DNA of 64,000 nt from Blastocladiella emersonii ATCC 22665 (taxonomy: Eukaryota; Fungi; Blastocladiomycota): NCBI GenBank assembly GCA_025594325.1, contig JANHCV010000003.1, forward strand, positions 1,116,001-1,180,000, given 5' to 3'. Positions 13,809 through 23,795 of this stretch are shown here, in pieces (positions within the stretch are counted from its first letter, which is position 1; every line of letters starts with the position of its first letter). The notes beneath the pieces were generated by a model, which saw only the letters and a list, made by a program, of their open reading frames with translations, searched no databases and was not told the DNA's origin. Made by a program: the position numbers and the translations under genes.

Positions 13809-14444
13809 CTAGTCGTCGAACGAGAGCAGGTTGCGATTCGCCGCCTTGGGCTTCTTCTTGGCCGCCATCGCCGTTGCTTTGGGGGCATCTGCTGACGGCG
13901 AGGCGGCCTTGGCGCGGAACAGCAGCTTCCCCGTCTTCGGGTCCCTCGCCGGTCCGGCGCGTGCTGGCGGGGCTGCCTTATCCTCCTCCGTCTCCGCCGG
14001 CCTCGCGTCGCCCGCCCCCGCCGCCCCCGCCGCCCCCGCCGCGTCGCGGTCCGGGATCACCGCGTTCGGGTGCATGAGCCGGATCCGCGCGAGGTCGGCG
14101 TCGTCGAGCTCCTCCACCCCGCCACTGCCGTCCTCGAAGACGATGGTTGGCCCGTCGTCGTCGAGGTCCGGGTTACGCCCCGACCGGTCGTTGCGGCGCG
14201 GGCGGCGTGCCTCGTCGCGCACGCCGAGCTGGCCCTTGAGGTCGCGCAGGAACGCGGGCGTCTCCATGGTGAACTCGAGCGACTGCCGCGTCATGTAGCT
14301 GCCCATCTTGCGCGGTTTCGGGTCGTCGCTGGCGGCGGCAGGCTCGGTGCGAGACGGCGGGCGGTCTCTGTCGCGGTCTTCATCGCTGCGCCGTGGCGGC
14401 GGCGAGCGCGAACGGCGTCGGCGGCTGTCAGTCGAGCGATGCAT
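13809..14444 (-). CDS. DUF4604 / KIAA1143-like small protein
   Basis: LEFTMETPAFLRDLK near the start and NRNLLSFDD at the end match the family pattern as I recall it. An alternative start is possible at ATG 14306. Confidence 0.65.
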   Translation of the reverse strand: MHRSTDSRRRRSRSPPPRRSDEDRDRDRPPSRTEPAAASDDPKPRKMGSYMTRQSLEFTMETPAFLRDLKGQLGVRDEARRPRRNDRSGRNPDLDDDGPTIVFEDGSGGVEELDDADLARIRLMHPNAVIPDRDAAGAAGAAGAGDARPAETEEDKAAPPARAGPARDPKTGKLLFRAKAASPSADAPKATAMAAKKKPKAANRNLLSFDD

Positions 14445-14524
14445 GGTCCAAAATTTGTTCGTTGCGAGAGCGAGAACCGCCGACGACGCGCCCCCACTCT
14501 CAAATCTCAGGTCATCTATTTACA

Positions 14525-16150
14525 TTACATGTACACGCGGCGCAGATCCTCGGCGCGCGTAATGACGCTGCACGACGGGCACACTTTCCGCCCGCCGAGC
14601 GACCCGAGCCAGCACTCCTCGCAGAGGACGTGCCAGCACGTTGTGCTGACGACGGGCGTGCGCGGGGCGAGCGCCTCGAAGCACACCTTGCACTGCGGCG
14701 TGTCGGCCGCCATGCGCTCCAGGTCGCGCACCTGCTGCTTGAGCGCCGCGATCGTCAGGTCGCGCGACTCGGGCGAGGCTTCGGCGGTGGTGGGCGCAGC
14801 GGTGGAAGGGCTGGTGCGGAGGAGCGAGGCAATGGTCTGCGGCGCGGCGGCAGCGGGCGTCGTCGTGGTCGCGCCGACCGCGGGCCGAGGCGGGAGCGAC
14901 GAGGGGCGCGGCGCAGCCGCCGATGAACTCGACGCCGAACCGCCGCGGTTGAACTTGATCCGGACGCGCTTGGGCGGCGGCGGCGCGGTATCCGCGGGCG
15001 GCGACGGCGACCTGCGTGTGACGGCGTGCGCGACGGCCGCGGGCGTCATGGTGCCGGGGGCAGCCGTGGCGGCGACGAGGGTGCGCAGGGCGAGGTCGTC
15101 GGTGCCGTGGATCTGGCGCGAGAAGGGCATCACGTCAAGCTCAGAGTACTGGGCGGCGCCGAACGCGGCGCGCGGGTCCTCGGAGATGTCGAGGTCCATG
15201 TCCTCGTCGTCCATGTCGGCGACGTGGCGGACCGCAGGCACGCGCGTCAGGTGCACGGGCGACGAGCCGGCGGCAGCTGCGGTTCGTGGTGGCTGCGCCG
15301 AGGGCGGCGGCGGCGATGGACGCGGACCGGATCCAGCGCGCGACAACGGCGCGACGGGGAGTGGTGGCGGAAGCGCGGGCAGCGGCGGCGGGCGGAGCGA
15401 CGCGAGGATCGTGCTGTTCTCGTCATCGTCGTCCGCGTCGCCGTTCTCCTCCTCGGTCGAGTCGGACCCGCCGCGTCGTGGCGGGACCGCCGCAAGCACA
15501 CCTGCCGCCGACACGCCATCGTCGTCGTCGTTCTCGGCCGTCAGCGCGAGACACAGGTCGACGTGGGCGTTGATCTCGTCGGGCCCGCCGGCAATCTCGG
15601 ACGTGCAGATCGGGCACAGCGACGTGAGCCCGACGGCGCGCGCGACCGCCGCTGTCGCGAGCAGGTCCTGCACGATCGGGGACGTTGCCGAGGTAGGCGG
15701 TGGCGAGGACCGCGCCGAGTTGGACCCGTTGCTCCCGCGGCTCGACCGTGGCCGCGCGGGGCGCTTCTGCACCGCGCCGGCCGAGGATTTGGTCTTGGAC
15801 AGCACCGCGGGGCTGCTCGCCTTGCGCGCGGGCGGCGACGGCGGCGGCGCGGGGGCCGCGGGTTTGGTGCGGATTCGCGTGCTGCGGCGCGGTTGCGGTT
15901 GCTCGGGCTGCTGCTCGGGCTCCGGCGGTGGTGGTGGCTCAGCAACGCCGGCTGGCGCTACCGCGGCCGATGAGGGCGAGGGCAGGGCATCGGGGGCAGC
16001 GGCGACAGGAGATGCTGGGACAGATGCGGAGGAAGGTGGCGGTGGAGGCGACAGATGAGCAGCTGGTGGTGGAGGCGGCGGCGGCAGGGACGACGTGAGG
16101 GCGGCGGCAGCAGAGAGCGGGGTCGGAGCGATGGCGGCCATGAACGGCAT
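14525..16150 (-). CDS. RNF220-like RING E3 ligase with an internal UBZ-type zinc finger
   Basis: CPICTSEI...EINAHVDLCL, and a C-terminal RING CKVCFE...STTCWHVLCEECWLGSLGGRKVCPSCSVITRAEDLRRVYM. Confidence 0.75.
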   Translation of the reverse strand: MPFMAAIAPTPLSAAAALTSSLPPPPPPPAAHLSPPPPPSSASVPASPVAAAPDALPSPSSAAVAPAGVAEPPPPPEPEQQPEQPQPRRSTRIRTKPAAPAPPPSPPARKASSPAVLSKTKSSAGAVQKRPARPRSSRGSNGSNSARSSPPPTSATSPIVQDLLATAAVARAVGLTSLCPICTSEIAGGPDEINAHVDLCLALTAENDDDDGVSAAGVLAAVPPRRGGSDSTEEENGDADDDDENSTILASLRPPPLPALPPPLPVAPLSRAGSGPRPSPPPPSAQPPRTAAAAGSSPVHLTRVPAVRHVADMDDEDMDLDISEDPRAAFGAAQYSELDVMPFSRQIHGTDDLALRTLVAATAAPGTMTPAAVAHAVTRRSPSPPADTAPPPPKRVRIKFNRGGSASSSSAAAPRPSSLPPRPAVGATTTTPAAAAPQTIASLLRTSPSTAAPTTAEASPESRDLTIAALKQQVRDLERMAADTPQCKVCFEALAPRTPVVSTTCWHVLCEECWLGSLGGRKVCPSCSVITRAEDLRRVYM

Positions 16151-16531
16151 GGTGGCGAAGCGGGGCGGGGTGATGTACGGGAGCGAGATGGAGCGGGGCT
16201 AGGTCGCGGGTCGAGCGGCGGCAGGCAGGCGTAGTGGCGGTGGCGTCGTGGCCGGGTCGGCAGGGTCGAGCTTACGGTCGACGCGCATCGTGGGCAGAGA
16301 ATTCATCGAGTCAGGGCGCGCGTCCGTGGCCGCGGCGGCCGCTTTCGTTGAGGATGGACCGCCATGGCCAGGGGAGACGGCGCGGCCGACGCGGGTCGAT
16401 GTGGCGTTGGGTCAGGTGACGCTGGTTTGAGGACTTCGCCACATCGCCACGTCGTTTAGTCGCCGCGTCGCGCGACGCCCACTCTCCCCTCCTCTGACGC
16501 CCACTTTACACCGCCGCAACGTATCAAGACC

Positions 16532-17446
16532 ATGCTCGAATCCACCCCGGCCCTCGCCGCCGTCGTCCTGGTCCTGCTCGCCGCCGTCCTGCTGGGCCTG
16601 CTGACACTGCGCCGCGGCGCGTCCGTCGCCCGGAGCGGGGTCGGCGCCTCGGGCCTCGCCGCGCTCGTCCGGGGCCGCCGCCGCACCTTTGCCGACACGG
16701 TGGTCCTCGTGGGCGCCGCGAGCGCGGGCAAATCAGCGCTCCTCGCGCGCCTCGCTGATCCCGCGGCCGACCCGCCAACAACCTTCGCGTCCATGGCCGT
16801 GACCCGCGCGCCCGTCTCCCTCTCGTCCGACCTGCCCTCGGTCCCCGCCGTCGACTGCCCAGGCCACGCGCGGCTCGCCGCCGAGACCACCAAGCACCTG
16901 AGCCTCGACACCCCGCCGCGCGCGTGCGTCGTGGTCGTGGACGCGGCCGCCGCACACGTCCCGACGACGCGCCGCGACGCGGCCGAGCGGCTCGCCGCGG
17001 CGCTGCGCGCCATGGACCCGGCGGTCCTCAAGACTAAGTCGAGCAAGCCGCGCAGTGAGGCGACGCGCCGCGTCGTGATCGCCGCGGCGAAATCGGACCT
17101 CCCGCTCGCCGTGTCGCCCGCGCAGCTGCGCGGGCTGCTCCAGGACGAGCTGCACGCGCTGCGCGCCGCGCGCGCCGCGAGTATTGGCGCCATGAACCGC
17201 GACGACGAGGACGATGCGCTGGATGGGGTGGTTGCGTCGTCGTCGTCCGAGGAGGAGAGCGAGGGGGAGGAGGGTGAGGGTGTGCGTCGCCGCGGCCCGC
17301 AGGCCAAGAAGAAGAAGCCGCTGGCCAAGCTCAACCTCGCGGACCTCGGCGTTGAGGTCGTCGCCCTGTCGGCCAAGACGGGCGCGGGTGTCGATGTCCT
17401 GCGCGACGCTGTGGCTCGAGCGTACTCGCTGCCCACGTCCTCCTAA
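16532..17446 (+). CDS. SRP102: Signal recognition particle receptor beta subunit
   Basis: N-terminal TM helix, G1 GAASAGKS, SR-beta-type G3 DCPGH, G4-like AAKSD; intronless. Confidence 0.85.
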   Translation: MLESTPALAAVVLVLLAAVLLGLLTLRRGASVARSGVGASGLAALVRGRRRTFADTVVLVGAASAGKSALLARLADPAADPPTTFASMAVTRAPVSLSSDLPSVPAVDCPGHARLAAETTKHLSLDTPPRACVVVVDAAAAHVPTTRRDAAERLAAALRAMDPAVLKTKSSKPRSEATRRVVIAAAKSDLPLAVSPAQLRGLLQDELHALRAARAASIGAMNRDDEDDALDGVVASSSSEEESEGEEGEGVRRRGPQAKKKKPLAKLNLADLGVEVVALSAKTGAGVDVLRDAVARAYSLPTSS

Positions 17447-17572
17447 TATACATACCATCTCTAGCTGTACGAGAACAAGGTGATCATATTAATTGCGACG
17501 ATGGGGAGAGGAAAACAAGGCGAGCGAGGCAGGGGGTGGGGTAGAGTAGAGAACGGAACAGACACAAGAACC

Positions 17573-19773
17573 CTAGTTCTTCTTGGAGAACTTGGCCGAG
17601 CACTTGGCCATGGTCGACGACGCGCGCGAGATGGGGTCGGTCAGGTAGAAATCGTCGACGATCGCGGCCAATGGGATGCCCGACGCCTTGGGCGCGGCCT
17701 TGCCGGCGAGCGCGGCCTGGATCGCCGCCGTCACCGAGACGGCCGTCGCGGGCTCGCGCCCGTGGTACGCGACGAGCGTGGGCGACACCTCGGCCATGCG
17801 GTCACGGACGGCCTCGACGTCGTCGTAGGGCAGCGGGTTGCCGGCCACCTCGGACAGGGCGCGGATGATGGTCCAGTCCTCGCGCGCGGCGCCGGGCGCG
17901 GAGACCGCCGCCGTCGTGTGCTGGGCGCGGCCCTCGGTGTTGACGTAGGTCGCGTTCTTCTCCGTGTAGGCGGACCCGGGCAGGATCACGTTGGCGAGCT
18001 GCGCGCCCGCGTCGCCGTGGTGGCCCTGGTACACGACAAACGCGTCGGCGGGGATGTCCTTGGCGTCCACGTTATCGGCGTTGAGGAGGTACACGAACTG
18101 GGCGCCGTCGACCTTGCCGTTGGCGAACCCGGCGTCGAACGCGGCCACGTGCGCAGCGGCGCGCTGCAGGACGGCGACGCCGTTCCACTCGGGCTGCGCG
18201 AGCGCGGGGACCTTGTCCTGGACGAGCTGCTGCACCGCCGACAGAATGTACTCGCGGTCGGCGTGGTTGTAGACGCCCGAGCCGATGACGATCATGGGCT
18301 TCTTGGCGGCGGCCAGGGTCTCGGCGAAGGGGTGCGACCCGTCGATGAGCTGGGCGAGCGACTTGGCCGTGGCGCCGAGGTGGTGCACGTCGTAGTTGAG
18401 CTCGGGCTTGGGGCCGACGAGGGCGATCTCGGACCCGGCGAGCCAGCCCTTGCGCAGGCGCGTGTTGATGATGGGGGCCTCGTGGCGCGGGTTGGTGCCA
18501 ATGAGCAGCACGGCGTCGGCCTGCTCGACGTTGGCGATGGCCGGGTTGAAGAGGTACGACGCGCGCACGTCGACGGCGCCGGGGGCGACCGAGTCGACGG
18601 CGAGGCGCTCGGCGCCCATGCGGTTGAACCAGTCCTTGAGCGCGACGAGCGACTCGGCGTCGGCGTGGTCGCCGGCGACGGCGACCATGTCCTTGGGGCT
18701 GGCGGCGTTGGCGGCGTCGGCGACGACCTTGAGGGCCTCCTCCCAGGTGGCAGGGACGAACTTGTCGCCCTCGCGCACGAGCGGGGTGGTGAGGCGCTGG
18801 CGGCGGAGGCCGTCATACGCAAAACGGGTCTTGTCCGAGATCCACTCCTCGTTGATCTCGTCGTTCTCGCGGGGCAGGATGCGGAGGACCTCGACGCCGC
18901 GGGCGTCGACGCGGATGTTGGAGCCGACGGCGTCGAGCACGTCGACGGACTCGACCTTGCGCAGCTCCCAGGGGCGGGTCTTGAACTCGTAGGGCTTGGA
19001 GGTGAGGGCGCCGACGGGGCACAGGTCGACGAGGTTGCCCGACATCTCCGAGGCGAGGGCCTTCTCGACGTAGGTGCCGATCTGGGTGTCGTTGCCGCGG
19101 CCCGAGGTGCCGAGGTCGGGGACGCCGGCGATCTCGTTGGCGAAGCGGACGCAGCGGGTGCACTGGATGCAGCGGGTCATGGTGGTCTTGACGAGCGGGC
19201 CGAGGTCCTTGTCCTCGACGGCGCGCTTGCCGACGGGCTCGGCGAAGCGCGAGCGGTCGCCGCCGTAGCGCACCGACTGGTCCTGCAGGTCGCACTCGCC
19301 GCCCTGGTCGCAGATCGGGCAGTCGAGCGGGTGGTTGGCGAGCAGGAACTCCATGACGCCCTCGCGCGCCTTCTTGACCACGGGCGTGTTGGTCTTGACC
19401 TTCATGCCGGGCATCACGGGCATGGCGCACGAGGCCACGGGCTTGGGGCTCTTCTCGACCTCGACCAGGCACATGCGGCAGTTGCCGGCAATCGCGAGCC
19501 GGTCGTGGTAGCAGAAGCGCGGCACGTCGACGCCGGCCACCTCGCACGCCTGGATCAGCGCCGCGCCCTGCTCGACCTGCACGGGCTTGCCGTCAATGGT
19601 GATCTCGACGAGGCCGTGGCGCGCCGCGGTCGCCGTGAACGAGCGGGCTACACTCGGATGGGATGGTGAGCTCCCAGTGCTCGTGTCGATTATCATGGCG
19701 CCCAGAACGCACCCGACGAGGCGGCCGCGAGCGCCTTGCGCGCAGCCAGGGCACGGGGGAGAGCGCGCAGCAT
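17573..19773 (-). CDS. NDUFS1: NADH:ubiquinone oxidoreductase 75 kDa Fe-S subunit
   Basis: CYHDRLAIAGNCRMCLVE, HPLDCPICDQGGECDLQD, CIQCTRCVRF. Presequence exon 19713-19773; intron 19648-19712. Confidence 0.97.
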
Positions 19774-20082
19774 CTTCTTTCTGTTGGCGATGGGTCGTCG
19801 GCTGTGGAGGGGCGGTACACGCGCGCCGGTAGAGCACAGTGCGCCGAGTGCGGGTGTGTGCTTCGTGGGATGCGGGTGCGGACGAGCGCGCTGCTGATCT
19901 CTCCCTCGCGAGTCGTTGACGCACACGAACGTCCCCGTGGCGTCGGCGGTTGCCGGCCCAGCGCAGCGATCGAGCCGATGTTGAACGGGCATCACATGAC
20001 CGCACGCGCCGATGCATCACGTGCCGCGAGACGCGATGCTAATTGTTCAGGCGCGAGACGCGTTTTATTCGGTGTGCTACTG

Positions 20083-21517
20083 CTAGGACGCCCACGAGTC
20101 GGCCGACGCTGGCCGCGCGGGGTAGCTGCCGAGCGACGCCCACCCGGGCCCTCCTGTTGCTACGGGTTCGCCTGACGCGTCGCCGTCGTCGTACTCGCCG
20201 TAGCCCTCCTCCCCCTCGTCGTCGTAGTACCCGTACTCGGCGTCGTCCTCGCTCGCGTACTCGACCGTACCAGCCCGCTGCCTTGCCGCATCGAGCGCCG
20301 CCTCAGTCAGCGTCACGGTGCCGCCAGACGCGTCCTCGCACTCGACGCGCACCGGGTCGAGGACCCCGTCCACGGGCGCCGCCCACACGATCCCGTGCCG
20401 CTCGGCCGCCGGCGACGCGAGAAACGCGAGCATTAGCGGGACCGTGCGGAACGTTTGCCGGACCGCCGGCGTCCGCCACAGCTCGCTCACCGCCAGCGGC
20501 GAGTGCGCGGTGTCCTTGCGCGGCGGCCACGGCACGGTCTGCGTGTACACTAGGTCGACGAGAGCGTCGAGCCGGGCCTGCTCCTCGGGCGTCACGTCTT
20601 CCACTTCCACGCCGGTGTTGCACAGTTGCGTCAGGTCCGGGCCCTGGTACCACGGGTACTCGATGTCGCCCTTGTCCCCCTCCACTGGCCACTTGGCGAC
20701 CTCCTGCGGCGGCGGGTCGATGCGCACGAAGGTCGCAAACTGGCTCGCGGGCCCGAGATCCGCGTGCGCCTCTCCGCTGCTGCAGCACGGCAGGTACCCG
20801 ACGCCGTCGAGCGTGAGCGCGTACCCGTACCGGTTGGCCTGCGCGCGCGCCCACGCGGCAAACTCGGCGCGCGTCCACTCGAACCGGTGGTCCGGGTCGC
20901 GCATCACGCCCGGATGCCACCCGTCAAAGTGTACGTTGAACTCGACGTTCTACGCGAGGGGACGCGGGTCAGTGGACGCGTAGGACGGTTGAATGGGATG
21001 TCGTACCGGCGTTGAGACGATCACGAGTGCTGGCCGGTAGTACTCGAACAGCGCGCGCGGGAGCTGTGCTAGGACGGGCGGGTCGAGGTGCTCGATCCTG
21101 CACACCACGAGCGCGTCAGTCAGGCCCGCGATGACGCTCCAATGCGTACACTTCAGACAGCACGATCGCGCGGACGCCCTCGAGCTGCGGTCGGTACTCG
21201 GCGAGCGACCCGGCGACGAGGTCGACCGTCAGCGGCCGCTCACGAAGCGCCTGCGCGTCGCGGTCCGTCGGCGCGAGCGCGTGCCGTGCCCGGCTCAAGA
21301 CCTCGGCGTCCACATCGACGCACGTCACGCGCGACACCACGCACGAGTTGACCAGCACGCTGGCGAGGGCGCACTCGTTGCACCCGAGGTCAGCGACCCA
21401 GTCGACGCGCGCCTGGTGCGCGACCAGCGTCGCCAGCGTCTTGCTGCGCCGCTGCATCCACAGCGCCGGCGTGAACCGGCCCTGCTCTTCATCGCCGTGG
21501 GCCGAGGGGACTTGCAT
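20083..21517 (-). CDS. HEN1: Small RNA 3'-terminal 2'-O-methyltransferase
   Basis: FTPALWMQRR, DLGCNE, EVIEH, STPNVEFNVHF and RDPDHRFEWTRAEF after splicing introns 21098-21149 and 20950-21006. An in-frame upstream ATG lies at 21586. Confidence 0.9.
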
Positions 21518-21616
21518 CGTGCTTGCTTCATGGAACTGAGGAGAGCGGAGATCACTCGCGGGCACGGCGGCCGCCCTTGACTCCATCACCGCGACCAAGT
21601 CGCTGCTACCGCTACC

Positions 21617-23752
21617 ATGTATTCTATCTTGTCGCAAGCGCGATTGTGCCCCGCCGCGGCGTCGAACCTTCTACGCCTGCGGCTGGGCGGTACCCCCGCC
21701 GCCGTCCGGTCCCTGCACGCTACTGCGCTGGCCCTCCGCGACGACGGCAGCCGCAACAAGGCCACGACGCCCTTCTCGCAGGCCCGCAAGCATGCTGGTC
21801 GACACACGGCTGTCCAGTCCGAGCCCGCCACACGTCGCCGTGACGGTCCGCGCCGGACTAGCCCGGCCAGCCAGTCCAAGGCGGAAGCGGCGGCACCCGC
21901 GCCCTCTCGTCCGACCGCGGCGACCAAGCGGCAACGCCTGCACTACTCGCCGCCGCCCGCGGACCTGCCGTGGTCCTCGGCCGCGAGCCCGCGCGTCGCC
22001 GCCGCGATCCAGTCGCAGTTCGGCTTCGAGACGTGCACGCCGGTCCAGGCGACCGTCGCGACGCGGCTCACGCCCGCGGCCGACGCCGTGGTGCAGGCCA
22101 AGACAGGCACCGGAAAGACGGTCGCGTACCTGGTCTCGGTCGTCGAGCAGCTGCTCGCCAATCTCGGCGCGGGCAGCGATGGGGTCCGCGCGCTCGTCGT
22201 AGCGCCGACGCGCGAGCTCGCGACGCAGATCGCGGGCGTCGCCAAGACCCTCGCGTCGCCGCTCGGCCTGCGCGTCGCGGCCGTGATCGGCGGCGAGAGC
22301 CGCGCGCAGCAGCTCAAGACGCTGCGCGACTTCACGCCCGCGGTCGTGGTGACGACGCCCGGCCGGCTCGTTGACCTTCTGTCCGACGCGTCGGCCGCCG
22401 CGAAATTCGCCGCCGTCGAGGCAATGGTCCTCGACGAGGCGGACCGGATGCTCGAGGGTGGGTTCCAGGACGACCTGGTCGCCATCACCCGCGCGCTGCC
22501 GGCGGGGCGGTACCGCACGCTGCTGTTCTCGGCGACGTTTCCAGCGAACGTGCAGGCGCTCGCGCAGTCCACGCTGCGGGCCGGGTTCACGGCGCTCAGC
22601 ACGGTGTCCGCCAACGACCCGGGCACCGTGCACGGGGTGCGCCAGTTCTACGCCGTCGCGGGCATGGCCAGCCAGCCGTCGCTCGTGCACGCCGTGCTGC
22701 ACCGGCACGCGACCGCCTCGCCCAGCAACTTCAAGGCGATGGTGTTCCTCCCCACAACAACCATGACCGAACTCTACGCGGCCCTCTTCCGCGCGCTCCC
22801 GACCCCGCTCGACGTGCCCGTGTGGGAACTCCACTCGCGCCTCCCGCCGTCCGTCCGCACGCGCGCCGCCGCCGCGTTCCGCGACGCGTCCGCGGGCGTC
22901 CTGTTCACGTCGGACGTGTCGGCGCGCGGCGTCGACTACCCGGGCGTCGCGCTCGTCGTCCAGGTCGGCCCGCCGCCGTCGCGCGACGCGTACGTGCACC
23001 GGATCGGGCGCACCGCGCGCGCCGGCGAAAAGGGGACGGGGTTGCTGGTCCTTGCGCCGTTCGAGCGCACAGTGCTCGACGCGCTCGCCGAGGTCCCGCT
23101 CGTCAAGCTCGACGTCGTCAACGGGAACGTCGACCTCGAGACGGGGGTCCGGGTGCCGAAGGGGTTCAAGTGGGACGGGAGCAAGAGTCAGCGGCTCCTC
23201 CGTGCGGCCGCGGGCGAGGTCGCGGCTGAGGATACGCGGCGCGCGAATCTCGCTGTCGTCTCGGCGGCGGAAGGGCGGGTTGCTGCGGCGTACCTCGGGA
23301 TGCTTGGCTTCTGTACGCTCCTCGCTTACCCACCGCCATGTCCTTTCACTAACCAACCCCCACCGTGTGTAGACCAGGGCCAAATCGACGTGCTCTCCGC
23401 GACCTCGACCACACCGCTCGCGGGCTCGGCGAACCCGGCCGCCCTGCCGCTGTCGGGGTACTCGATTCTCAAGGAGCTCAACGCGTTCGCGGCTGCACTC
23501 GGACTTCGGACGCTGCCCGCGCTGCCGTCGGCGCTGCGCGGGACGTTTGCGGCGCCGCAGAGCTACGTGATCGAGCAGCGCGCGCGGTCCGCGGCCGCGG
23601 CGTCGGCGCCCAACCGGCGCGCCGCCGCCAAGATCTTGGGGGCCAAGCGCAAGTCGGGCGAGTTCAAGGCGCTCGTCAAGGGCACGCGGCGCAAGCCGAT
23701 GCTCGACAACGAGTTTTCGTACCGCCGCGGCGGAGGCAGCGGTGGGATGTAG
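21617..23752 (+). CDS. MSS116: Mitochondrial-type DEAD-box RNA helicase (Mss116/CYT-19-like)
   Basis: QAKTGTGKT, PTRELA, TPGRL, DEAD, SAT, SDVSARGVDYP, HRIGRTAR; Arg/Ala-rich presequence-like N-terminus; basic tail; 60-nt intron 23313-23372. Confidence 0.8.
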   Translation: MYSILSQARLCPAAASNLLRLRLGGTPAAVRSLHATALALRDDGSRNKATTPFSQARKHAGRHTAVQSEPATRRRDGPRRTSPASQSKAEAAAPAPSRPTAATKRQRLHYSPPPADLPWSSAASPRVAAAIQSQFGFETCTPVQATVATRLTPAADAVVQAKTGTGKTVAYLVSVVEQLLANLGAGSDGVRALVVAPTRELATQIAGVAKTLASPLGLRVAAVIGGESRAQQLKTLRDFTPAVVVTTPGRLVDLLSDASAAAKFAAVEAMVLDEADRMLEGGFQDDLVAITRALPAGRYRTLLFSATFPANVQALAQSTLRAGFTALSTVSANDPGTVHGVRQFYAVAGMASQPSLVHAVLHRHATASPSNFKAMVFLPTTTMTELYAALFRALPTPLDVPVWELHSRLPPSVRTRAAAAFRDASAGVLFTSDVSARGVDYPGVALVVQVGPPPSRDAYVHRIGRTARAGEKGTGLLVLAPFERTVLDALAEVPLVKLDVVNGNVDLETGVRVPKGFKWDGSKSQRLLRAAAGEVAAEDTRRANLAVVSAAEGRVAAAYLGMLGFCTLLAYPPPCPFTNQPPPCVDQGQIDVLSATSTTPLAGSANPAALPLSGYSILKELNAFAAALGLRTLPALPSALRGTFAAPQSYVIEQRARSAAAASAPNRRAAAKILGAKRKSGEFKALVKGTRRKPMLDNEFSYRRGGGSGGM

Positions 23753-23795
23753 AGGTAGAGAGAAGACTATATTACAATTAGGACCAGCAACACGT

